Below are positions 1-7,729 of a stretch of 52,130 nt of DNA, piece by piece. A model generated the notes under the pieces. It was not told the DNA's origin. It worked only from the letters and a program-made list of their open reading frames with translations, and did not search any database. Source of the stretch: Candidatus Curtissbacteria bacterium (GTDB lineage Bacteria; Patescibacteriota; Microgenomatia; Curtissbacterales; GWA2-41-24); assembly GCA_016187105.1 (NCBI GenBank), contig JACPKK010000001.1, positions 1-52,130 of the forward strand, written 5' to 3'. The first letter of the stretch is position 1. Each line of letters opens with the position of its first letter. The position numbers and the translations under genes are program-made.

Positions 1-1050
1 CCATGATATGAATGTCGGCATGAGCAAGTACCAATCCTGTTCGGATAAGCGTCGGCCTATCAGATTCTTTGCAACATGAATCCCGAGGAGATCGCAGTAA
101 AGTTCGGAAACTGTTGAATATTGTCCTTTTAGTCTGCTTTCGTCGCCTGGTCTGCGTATTAAAGGATGGCAAGTTTCATGAGCAAAAAGGAAGATTCTTG
201 AAACTCCTTCTAAATGGTCATCTTCAAATTCTTTCGATGCCGGAAGAATCGAGTGAAGAGCGGCTAATCTATTTTGAAAGCGTGCGTGAAAAGATGGTGC
301 GAAAATCGTTACCTTTGAACCGTATTTTTCTCTCCAGTCTGCCTGGCACGGGAGATTATTAGCGCTCCAGCCTATCGAAGCCAGACCTGAAAATATTCTT
401 GTTTTGTCCACCCTTGCTCTTATCGGGCTTCCGTTCCATCCATAAACAGCCAGAAAACTATTTATAAACTGTTGTGCTTCTTGCGTCTGTTCTCTGTCAA
501 TGATTCCTGACCATGATAAATATGCGTATTTGCGGCTAAAAAGCTTATCTATGTATCGATCATAGGGGCCGATAACAATATCTACAGTTGGTTCTGGATT
601 TGCAATCCAGACTTTCTCGCTTTTTTCATAATCGCCATCGAGTAAGGATTGGGACCGTAAGATCAAATAATTTTTAAGATCTTGGTCTTCACAGATTTCT
701 GCTGCTTCAATCAATTTCTCAACCACTGGCACAAGTAATTGATGATATTGATGATGGTAAGGAATTGCGGTTAGCTTGCCATCACCAGCCCTTTTTACTG
801 TTGTATACTCGGATAAAATTTCTGGATTTTGGTTGGCGGCTTCTTCTATTTCTTTAGCGGTGGCATCATGAGGATAAAGATTTGCGCCGGGAAATAAGTC
901 GTTTTGTTGTTCCTCGTAAATTGGTGCGGTACCTACGGCAGCTTCAACAAGTCTTTCTGATAGCTGACGTTCTACTTCGGTTAAACCACTTAGCTGTATT
1001 TCAAATCTTCTGATAAAATTGGGTTCTGATACTGCTGTTCTTTCTACCAT
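1..1050 (-). CDS. Zinc metallopeptidase-like protein (HExxH; DPP-III/M49-like by motif), C-terminus cut by window edge; paralog of 2579..3940
   Basis: Absent from the supplied ORF track. Manual minus-strand translation from ATG 1050..1048 gives 350 open codons down to position 1. Sequence: MVERTAVSEPNFIRRFEIQLSGLTEVERQLSERLVEAAVGTAPIYEEQQNDLFPGANLYPHDATAKEIEEA...IFLFAHETCHPLIRRPGDESRL... It is colinear with ORF 2579..3940 (APIY..Q.N...GAN.YPHDAT..EI; LLDG.YE.S...W; DI.IGP..RY.D.LF; HE..HPL.R). Confidence 0.8.
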   Translation of the reverse strand, partial: MVERTAVSEPNFIRRFEIQLSGLTEVERQLSERLVEAAVGTAPIYEEQQNDLFPGANLYPHDATAKEIEEAANQNPEILSEYTTVKRAGDGKLTAIPYHHQYHQLLVPVVEKLIEAAEICEDQDLKNYLILRSQSLLDGDYEKSEKVWIANPEPTVDIVIGPYDRYIDKLFSRKYAYLSWSGIIDREQTQEAQQFINSFLAVYGWNGSPIRARVDKTRIFSGLASIGWSANNLPCQADWREKYGSKVTIFAPSFHARFQNRLAALHSILPASKEFEDDHLEGVSRIFLFAHETCHPLIRRPGDESRLKGQYSTVSELYCDLLGIHVAKNLIGRRLSEQDWYLLMPTFISW

Positions 1051-1137
1051 GAATCTCTTTGAGAGCGAGTTTATACGGGAAGTTTGCCGACCTCGTTAAT
1101 TAAGTTTTGGTGCAGAGGGATTAAGCAGCGTTTGATC

Positions 1138-2544
1138 TCACCTAGCCAAAAATTGTTCCCATGACTGCGTACTGGCTCTGCCGTACTGACCCCTATGTTC
1201 CGAAGACAGCATATTATTTACAAAATTTAGCTCTTGCTGGGGAGTAACCGGCTGCCGGAATATGAGACGCAAAAGTCTTCTTCTGCCATCATAATTTAGA
1301 CTTTGGGCCATCCATTTATGCATCGCAAATCCGATTCCGTAAGCATAAAGGTACGCTCGGAAAATTGGGTCTTCTGTCCTGTCTTTAATTTGTTTTGCTA
1401 TCTCTTCATCTGTTTCGGCAGGACAATAATGTCGAATATACTCCCTGACCTCTTCTTCGGGTATTGTTTCACCGTCACTAATCCGCTTGTGGATATTGTT
1501 ATAAACCATTTGCCTTAGCCCTTCAGCTTCAAGCTCAAATTTTGCCCCTTCTGTAAGTTTTTCTGATATACCGTCAACAAATAAATGGAGTGTTTGGGCT
1601 ATGCCTTCTGCTGTTATCTGTTCAGGGTCAAAAACTGTAGTTACTCCAAGAATCGGGATTAATCTCGGATTGTTTAACCAGCCAAACATTTGGCCGAAAT
1701 GGGCGGCAATTTCGTGCGGTACCATGGATTCAATTTTACTTATCGTCAGTCTTTGTGCATGTCTTGCGTGGGTGTTTACTCTAAGGCGAAACCTTTCTCT
1801 ATTGCCGTCTGCCCAGTTTATCCAGTATTCGTCTCTATTGTCGGTTTCCGCAACAAAATTCGGAGTAAAATCCCGACCAATAATCCTCGACAATTCTCCA
1901 AGTAAGTCTTGCCCAGACGTCTGCATTAATCCAGGAATTTCTGCAGGGTCTATCAGCTGGGATCTTCGAAAAGCCTCTATAGATTCACGGTCATAACTAC
2001 TCCATCCCAATAAAGCAAACGTTTCTCTCACGTCCTGCAATTGCCCTTCTAATCTTCTTTCCCCAATTAAGACCGGTTCTATGCCCATAAGCTCTCGTAT
2101 GTAATCTGTAGGGGATATTTCTAAGGTATTTGCAAAATTTACACCATAAAATGTTTCAAAAGCTCTTAATTTTGCCTTAAGGAAGTCAATCTGCATCTGT
2201 AAACCTTCATCGTCGGAGGGCGGAAGTGCTTCTACGGTATGTCTATATGATTGCAGTTGATCGATTATTCTTACTGCTCTCTCCTGTGTAATAGGGCTAT
2301 AGATGGCGGTAATTGCTTTACTTGTTCCGTCGTCAAATAATGGTGACGCGAGATCAAAATCTATAATGCCGCCATCTTCCTCTCCAACTATTTTGCTGGA
2401 TGCATGAACGACGCGGAAAAGAGCAACAATATTGGGAGAAGTTACTTCCCTAAGATTTTCTGCCTCTTCTCTAGATAGACCCTGTCCACCATTTAGTACT
2501 GGTCCACCATTTAGTACTGGTTCACCATTTGGTCTCTCTACCAT
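1138..2544 (-). CDS. Putative gluzincin-type metalloprotein (HExxxH), family not recognised
   Basis: 468-aa ORF. It has HEIAAH followed about 35 aa later by AEGIAQ, a possible third zinc-ligand helix. The N-terminus carries an 18-nt tandem repeat (PVLNGG). It sits between two M49-like paralogs. Confidence 0.45.
   Translation of the reverse strand: MVERPNGEPVLNGGPVLNGGQGLSREEAENLREVTSPNIVALFRVVHASSKIVGEEDGGIIDFDLASPLFDDGTSKAITAIYSPITQERAVRIIDQLQSYRHTVEALPPSDDEGLQMQIDFLKAKLRAFETFYGVNFANTLEISPTDYIRELMGIEPVLIGERRLEGQLQDVRETFALLGWSSYDRESIEAFRRSQLIDPAEIPGLMQTSGQDLLGELSRIIGRDFTPNFVAETDNRDEYWINWADGNRERFRLRVNTHARHAQRLTISKIESMVPHEIAAHFGQMFGWLNNPRLIPILGVTTVFDPEQITAEGIAQTLHLFVDGISEKLTEGAKFELEAEGLRQMVYNNIHKRISDGETIPEEEVREYIRHYCPAETDEEIAKQIKDRTEDPIFRAYLYAYGIGFAMHKWMAQSLNYDGRRRLLRLIFRQPVTPQQELNFVNNMLSSEHRGQYGRASTQSWEQFLAR
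2485..2538. repeat. 18-nt tandem repeat (2 perfect copies plus 1 degenerate copy) in the 5' end of ORF 1138..2544
   Basis: TCCACCATTTAGTACTGG occurs twice, followed by TTCACCATTTGGTCTCTC. The repeat encodes (E)PVLNGGPVLNGG. Confidence 0.8.
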
Positions 2545-2578
2545 GTTTTATATTTAAATAGAGGCAAATTATAGCGCT

Positions 2579-3940
2579 TTAGATGAGGTTCTTCAAGTTT
2601 GGTCTGAAGCGTTCGAAGATTTCCAGGGAACCATATTTTTCGACGACGTGCTTGGCTTCGTTATAGCTTCCCATGGAAATTAATGTCTCAAGAGAATCTG
2701 ATAATTCTTCAAGCGCTAGGAACATTTTATTGAAGTTTGGCCATGAAAATCCGCCAGATTCAATGATTGCCCCATTTTCTAAAAAGAAGTTAATGGCAAT
2801 AGCAAAACCTTGAGCATAATGAACGACGCCAGGTTCTTTGAGGTAGGAAATCCACCAGGAAAAAGCCCTGGCGACAAACGTGACCATTATGGCCTCGAGC
2901 TCTTTTTGGCTGATAACATCTTTTAACAGCAACGACCCACATGCTTTGACTCCAAAAACCGAAGCTGCTATTTCGTCAAAGACTGGGAAGTATTCTTTAA
3001 GTCTGTCTTCTGCGTCCCTATATCTTAGAAGCGGATGGCTGATCTCGTGGAGATATGAATTTCGAAGTGAACCCAGCCTTAAAATTTCAGCGGGGTAGCC
3101 TTGCTGAAACTTCTCTTCAAAAATAGCGTGGAAGATGGGACGATGTTCTGTGTCGAATTTTTTATTGAACGACTCTTTAAAAATGGTTATTTCAGAACCG
3201 TATCTTTCCATCAGCTTGACGTCATTTGGAAGGTTGGAGCTTGTGAACATGAAGTGGGCGATTAAGCCGGAGAAAATTAGAGTATTATCTACCCTAACCT
3301 GAATTTTATTTAAAAAGTCTACTTTCTCGGAGGGGGTTAAAGTTCTTCTCCTTGCACTGACAATAAAATCTTTAAAACGCACAGCATCTTCAGTTTGTTT
3401 TTCATCCATAATTCCGACCCAGGCCTGGTAGGAACATTTGGTAAAAAATAGTTGGTCATTGTATCTTTCAATTGGGCCAATTGCGATATCAATTTTGTAA
3501 GGCTTCATGGTGAGCCAGTAAATGTCGCTAACCTCGTACGTACCATCAAGAAGGGCATTTGCTTGAGTGTGGAGCCTTTTGGCAAAATCCCTATTTTGGG
3601 TAAGATCTGCCGCTTCTTTTAAGAGGTGCGCAACTTTCTCCAGCTGGGTTTTGTATTTTACGTGGTATGGAATAGCTATTAGCTTCCCATCTTTTGACCT
3701 TTCTACTACCGTATATGGAGAAAGGATACTGCGGTCATTTTTGTCGGCGGCGGCGATTTCATCACGTGTTGCATCGTGCGGGTAGAAATTTGCGCCTGAA
3801 TGGGCGACATTTTCCTGCTTTTGGTAAATTGGTGCGATAGCTTTTGCCGCTTCAATTAACTTTTTAACGACTTTTTTTTCAGAAGCAGTTAGCCCATGGT
3901 CGGCCTTTGATTTAAAAATGACAATTGAACCGTTTTTCAT
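2579..3940 (-). CDS. Zinc metallopeptidase-like protein (HExxH; DPP-III/M49-like by motif)
   Basis: 453 aa. Motifs: GANFYPHDATRDEI near the N-terminus, then LHEISHPLLRYRDAEDRL plus downstream FDEIAAS. Its start overlaps the greA stop as ATGA (3937..3940). Confidence 0.5.
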   Translation of the reverse strand: MKNGSIVIFKSKADHGLTASEKKVVKKLIEAAKAIAPIYQKQENVAHSGANFYPHDATRDEIAAADKNDRSILSPYTVVERSKDGKLIAIPYHVKYKTQLEKVAHLLKEAADLTQNRDFAKRLHTQANALLDGTYEVSDIYWLTMKPYKIDIAIGPIERYNDQLFFTKCSYQAWVGIMDEKQTEDAVRFKDFIVSARRRTLTPSEKVDFLNKIQVRVDNTLIFSGLIAHFMFTSSNLPNDVKLMERYGSEITIFKESFNKKFDTEHRPIFHAIFEEKFQQGYPAEILRLGSLRNSYLHEISHPLLRYRDAEDRLKEYFPVFDEIAASVFGVKACGSLLLKDVISQKELEAIMVTFVARAFSWWISYLKEPGVVHYAQGFAIAINFFLENGAIIESGGFSWPNFNKMFLALEELSDSLETLISMGSYNEAKHVVEKYGSLEIFERFRPNLKNLI

Positions 3941-4401
3941 AAAATCTCCAGCACTCTGACCCTACTTTTAACCGGCCCGACAGCAATCTCGATTGTCTCC
4001 CCTACTTTTAAACCCAAAATGGCTTTGCCGACAGGTGATTCGTTGGAAATCTTCTTCTCGGCCGGGTTTGCTTCCATGGAGCCGACTATTTGAAATTTAT
4101 GGACTTCGTCGTTCATCTCCACAACGACGGTGGAGCCAATGACAACGAAATCTGTTTTTGGGGCCGCCTCGATGACTTGGGCGGAGTGAAGAACGTCTTC
4201 GAGTTGAGAGATTCTGGTTTCTATGAGAGATTGATCTTCCTTGGCGGCATCGTATTCGGAGTTTTCGGCAAGGTCCCCGAATTCCCTGGCCCTTTTAATT
4301 CTGGCAACTACGTCCGGCCTTTTCTTTCGTACCAGCTCTTCGTATTCTCTTTTTACTTCTGTAAGACCTTCGCGGGTGAGGCTCCAACCGGAGTTGCGAA
4401 T
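3937..4401 (-). CDS. greA: Transcription elongation factor GreA (full two-domain frame, but no canonical start codon)
   Basis: The track calls only the C-terminal 61 aa (GTG at 4122). The same frame stays open upstream to the TGA at 4405..4407. It encodes the GreA N-terminal coiled coil: (K)IRNSGWSLTREGLTEVKREYEELVRKKRPDVVARIKRAREFGDLAENSEYDAAKEDQSLIETRISQLEDVLHSAQVIE... The only in-frame start candidate is ATT at 4401..4399. An ATG at 4417..4415 lies in another frame. Confidence 0.7.
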   Translation of the reverse strand: MRNSGWSLTREGLTEVKREYEELVRKKRPDVVARIKRAREFGDLAENSEYDAAKEDQSLIETRISQLEDVLHSAQVIEAAPKTDFVVIGSTVVVEMNDEVHKFQIVGSMEANPAEKKISNESPVGKAILGLKVGETIEIAVGPVKSRVRVLEIL

Positions 4402-4429
4402 CTTTCAGATTCCGCATTTTTCTACACTT

Positions 4430-4453
4430 CTACTGAAATCGTTGTTTCAGTAG
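4430..4453 (-). other. Perfect 9-bp hairpin (CTACTGAAA-N6-TTTCAGTAG) between tRNA-Glu and greA
   Basis: The inverted repeat was read directly from the sequence. Its function is unknown; it could be a processing or termination signal after the tRNA. Confidence 0.4.
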
Positions 4454-4529
4454 AGTTCCGAAAAACCGAACCAATGGTCAACTCTTGAGGAAGCACAAAA
4501 TTACTTTGGACTTCACCAAAATAATTTTG

Positions 4530-4602
4530 TGGCTCCAACCGGAGTCGAACCGGTGTTACTAGGATGAGAACCTAGCGTCCTGGGCCACTAGACGATGGAG
4601 CC
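4530..4602 (-). tRNA. tRNA-Glu (anticodon CUC), no encoded CCA
   Basis: Minus strand folds as a cloverleaf: GGCTCCA TC GTCT AGTGGCCCA GGAC G CTAGG TTCTCAT CCTAG TAAC ACCGG TTCGACT CCGGT TGGAGCC A. The acceptor stem is 7 bp, and the anticodon loop TTCTCAT gives CTC. Confidence 0.9.
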
Positions 4603-4655
4603 AAGCCGTGCTGATTATATCAGCCGCCAAGTTTGCGGAGCAAGGCCTTCTGATA

Positions 4656-4661
4656 TATAAT
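4656..4661 (+). promoter_or_regulatory. -10 box TATAAT upstream of ORF 4684
   Basis: CTGATATATAAT lies 22 nt before the ATG. It is part of a cassette shared with the cca promoter (see findings). Confidence 0.35.
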
Positions 4662-4683
4662 CTGCTGGATTCTTTGATCTGAT

Positions 4684-5379
4684 ATGCGAGTAGTTTCAGT
4701 CTGCCTTGTATCATTTTTGCTGTTTTTTTACACTCTCGCTCCCGCTCGTGCTGCTTTTGAAATTGAATTTCCGCAAGTCAGCGATGGGCAGATTAACGAA
4801 GCCTTATTAAAGACCGTGCCCCTTAGGCTTATTCCTTCCAATCCTTTTTATTTTTTGATCAGCGTCAAAGAGGCAATTTTGTGGAGTTTTCAGCCATCGA
4901 GCGCCAAACGGACGGAACTGGATATGGTTCTTGCCGGCAAGAGACTTAAAGAATCTTACCTTTTAGTTAATAGGGGGGATATCAAAAATGCCAGTACCAA
5001 TATGACCCGATACGCCCAAAAAATCGGGAAAATGACGGGAGGACTTGCGAAAGCAAGGCTGCAAAAACAGGATGTCTCCACTTTAGTTTCGGAGATTGCG
5101 GAGGATATGAAAAGCCATGAAGTCTTGTTTTTTGCAATTAAAAAGAGGGCCGAGGGCCTAGGTGATGATTACGGTTTTTCCAAAAACTACAATAGCGCGG
5201 CGGCGGCTTTTGTTGATGCGGTCGCGGCGCTTGATAATTTTCGGCCGGGAATCAAGGACAGGTTTAAAAGCGCCAGCGAATCGGCAGAAGTCCGAAAAAC
5301 TTTATTTGACAGCGCCCCTAAATCTCCAGGTTTTATTGAGGCTTCGCCATCTGTTAAGCCAAGAAAAATTATTTACTAG
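4684..5379 (+). CDS. Secreted or membrane-anchored hypothetical protein
   Basis: 231 aa with an N-terminal signal-like segment (VCLVSFLLFFYTLAPARA/AFE). No motif recognised. Confidence 0.6.
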   Translation: MRVVSVCLVSFLLFFYTLAPARAAFEIEFPQVSDGQINEALLKTVPLRLIPSNPFYFLISVKEAILWSFQPSSAKRTELDMVLAGKRLKESYLLVNRGDIKNASTNMTRYAQKIGKMTGGLAKARLQKQDVSTLVSEIAEDMKSHEVLFFAIKKRAEGLGDDYGFSKNYNSAAAAFVDAVAALDNFRPGIKDRFKSASESAEVRKTLFDSAPKSPGFIEASPSVKPRKIIY

Positions 5380-5385
5380 GAAAAA

Positions 5386-5413
5386 TTTTTAATTTCTAAT
5401 TTTTAATTTCTAA
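5386..5413. repeat. Perfect 14-nt tandem duplication (TTTTTAATTTCTAA x2)
   Basis: Read directly from the sequence, just after the stop of ORF 4684..5379. Confidence 0.8.
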
Positions 5414-5435
5414 ACTTAAAAGAAAATTCTAGGCA

Positions 5436-5509
5436 GATTCTGGACAAGCCCTTCGATTACACTCAGGGCAGTTGAAGGGCAGTGAGTTATATCGAACTGC
5501 CAGAATGAC
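5436..5509 (+). repeat. 74-nt TIR repeat, type A, copy 1 (GATTCTGG...CCAGAATGAC)
   Basis: About 96-99% identical to 28762..28835 and 37139..37212. It has terminal inverted repeats ATTCTGG/CCAGAAT and an inner 7-bp stem GGCAGTT/AACTGCC. It lies in a convergent intergenic spacer. Confidence 0.85.
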
Positions 5510-5585
5510 AAGAGAAAGACTGCTTCGCGGCTTTGTTCATAAAGATTGCCACGCCCCTTGGACTCGCAATGACAGGGTGCTTGGG

Positions 5586-7592
5586 TTAGACCAGGAATGG
5601 GATGAGGAGCAAGGCGACGATGTTTATTATTTTTATCATGGGGTTGATGGCTGGGCCCGCAGTATCTTTATAAGGATCGCCGACTGTGTCGCCCGTTACT
5701 GCGGCTTTGTGAGTTTCTGAACCTTTGCCGCCAAGTTTGCCCGACTCTATATATTTTTTAGCATTGTCCCAAGCCGCGCCTCCGGTTGTCATGGAAATGG
5801 CGACAAAAATTCCGGAAACTATCGCGCCTATTAAAAGCCCGCCGAGAGCCTTTGGCCCTAAAGTCAGGCCGACAATAAGGGGGGAAATGACGGGAATCAT
5901 GGCGGGAACAACCATCAGCCTTAAGGCTTTTTGGGTAACAATATCAACTGCTTTGTCGTACTGGGGTTTTTGGGTTCCTTTTAAGATACCGGGGATCTCC
6001 TTAAACTGTCGCCTGACCTCGTCTACGACTGCGCCGCCTGCTTTGCCGACTGCACTAAGGGCATAGGAAGCGAATAAAAACGGCAAGGAAGCACCAATTA
6101 ATAGGCCGATTAGGACTCTAGGGTCAGAAAGCGAAAATTCAACGCCAGCACTTTGTAATGCCAGCTCTTGGGAATAGGCGGCAAAAAGGACTAAGGAGGC
6201 GAGAGCGGCAGAGGCAATGGCATAGCCTTTGGTAACAGCTTTGGTGGTATTGCCGACGGCATCGAGCGCATCGGTAACTTTTCTGACTTGAGAGGGAAGG
6301 TTGGCCATTTCGGCGATGCCGCCGGCGTTATCGGTAATGGGGCCGAAGGCATCGATGGCCACGATGATTGCGGTTAAAGAAAGCATGGACGTTGCGGCAA
6401 TCGCTACACCATAGACTCCGGCAAGGGTAAACGAGGCCAGAATGCCGGCACAAATCACAAGAACCGGCCAAAAAGTAGAACGCATGGAGAGGGCAAGGCC
6501 GGCGATAATATTGGTGGCGTGCCCGGTTTGTGAGGCGGCGGCAATTGACTGGACCGGCTTATATTTGGTTGCAGTGTAGTACTCTGTAATAAAAACCATA
6601 AAAATGGTAACAGCAATACCAATTATGGAAGTCAGGTAAATATTAAGCGGGTCATAAATACCGTTGGCATTTAACATAATTTGCGTCGCCGGATAAAAGG
6701 CCACGGCGGACAAGGCGGCGGCCACAATTAAACCGATGTAAAGGGCTGCCATGATGTTTTTATTTTTAGGCAACCTGACGAAGAATGTACTGATAATCGT
6801 GGCAAGGAGCGCGATGCTTCCCAAAACAACCGGATAAAGAATTGCCCCCAGTGAATCCTTAAAAACGTGTGAGCCAAGAAGCATGGCGGCGATTATGGTG
6901 ACAGCGTAAGTTTCGAAAAGGTCGGCGGCCATGCCGGCGCAATCGCCGACATTATCACCAACGTTATCAGCAATGACGGCTGGGTTTCTGGGGTCGTCTT
7001 CGGGAATACCGGCTTCGGTTTTGCCGACGAGATCGGCCCCGACATCGGCACCTTTGGTAAAAATGCCTCCACCTAAACGGGCAAAAATGGAAATTAGCGA
7101 CCCGCCAAAACCAAGGCCGATAAGGCCGGCAGTATCACCGGTGGCGCCAAAAAACCCTGCTACGGAAAGAAGGGAAAGGCCAACAACCAAAAGGCCGGTG
7201 ACCGAACCGCCGCTGAAGGCAACATGCAAAGCTTTTGAAAGGCCAGTTTTGGCAGCTTGAGTGGTACGAACATTGGCCCGAACCGAAATATTCATACCAA
7301 TAAAACCGGAAACGGCAGAGGCGACAGCACCGATGGCAAAACCGACGGCGATAGCGGGCGTTAGGAAAAACCAAATGGCAGCAAAGATAACAACTGCCAC
7401 GGCGGCTATTACCATATACTGCCTTTGGAGGTAGGCCGCGGCGCCTTCGGCTATGGCGTCGGAAATTGCCCGCATTTTAGGAGTTCCAGATGGAAGGGAA
7501 ACAATGCGAAAAGCGGTGATGATACCATATAGAATCGCCGCAACAGAAGCGATTAGGGCAAACGGCAGGCCGACTTGTGGATCGAAATTCAT
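5586..7592 (-). CDS. hppA: Membrane-bound H+-translocating pyrophosphatase, K+-independent type
   Basis: 668 aa and polytopic. Signatures: [48 protein letters not shown]. The [10 protein letters not shown] motif (Lys/Thr version) marks K+-independent enzymes. Confidence 0.95.
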   Translation of the reverse strand: MNFDPQVGLPFALIASVAAILYGIITAFRIVSLPSGTPKMRAISDAIAEGAAAYLQRQYMVIAAVAVVIFAAIWFFLTPAIAVGFAIGAVASAVSGFIGMNISVRANVRTTQAAKTGLSKALHVAFSGGSVTGLLVVGLSLLSVAGFFGATGDTAGLIGLGFGGSLISIFARLGGGIFTKGADVGADLVGKTEAGIPEDDPRNPAVIADNVGDNVGDCAGMAADLFETYAVTIIAAMLLGSHVFKDSLGAILYPVVLGSIALLATIISTFFVRLPKNKNIMAALYIGLIVAAALSAVAFYPATQIMLNANGIYDPLNIYLTSIIGIAVTIFMVFITEYYTATKYKPVQSIAAASQTGHATNIIAGLALSMRSTFWPVLVICAGILASFTLAGVYGVAIAATSMLSLTAIIVAIDAFGPITDNAGGIAEMANLPSQVRKVTDALDAVGNTTKAVTKGYAIASAALASLVLFAAYSQELALQSAGVEFSLSDPRVLIGLLIGASLPFLFASYALSAVGKAGGAVVDEVRRQFKEIPGILKGTQKPQYDKAVDIVTQKALRLMVVPAMIPVISPLIVGLTLGPKALGGLLIGAIVSGIFVAISMTTGGAAWDNAKKYIESGKLGGKGSETHKAAVTGDTVGDPYKDTAGPAINPMIKIINIVALLLIPFLV

Positions 7593-7646
7593 GCAGAATT
7601 AATTAAAACAGGTTTCTAAAAAAGCTAGCAAGGGGCAAGTGGAGAA

Positions 7647-7675
7647 AGGATAACTTTTAGGAACGGCTATGTCAA
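7647..7675 (-). promoter_or_regulatory. Putative sigma70 promoter of hppA (TTGACA-N17-TATCCT)
   Basis: The minus strand reads ctcTTGACAtagccgttcctaaaagtTATCCT. The extended motif CTCTTGACA recurs upstream of several minus-strand genes. Confidence 0.4.
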
Positions 7676-7729
7676 GAGTTATCAGTTTTCGGTTGTCGGA
7701 TAGTTGTCCGTCAGTTATCAGCTAATCGG

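Noticed and set aside
69-362. 97-aa plus-strand ORF from the track
   Set aside because: It lies entirely antisense to the open, homology-supported minus-strand peptidase frame (1..1050). It has no SD and no recognisable motif.
4380-4402. A second (pseudo) tRNA gene
   Set aside because: Only the T-loop and acceptor 3' portion is present. No D-arm or anticodon arm can be folded, so it is treated as a fragment or scar.
4090-4488. Plus-strand ORFs 4090..4488 and 4241..4453
   Set aside because: They are antisense shadows of the GreA N-terminal domain frame, which is clearly homologous.
5472-5720. 82-aa plus-strand ORF
   Set aside because: It starts inside the 74-nt type-A repeat and runs antisense into the hppA 3' end. 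It is repeat-generated.
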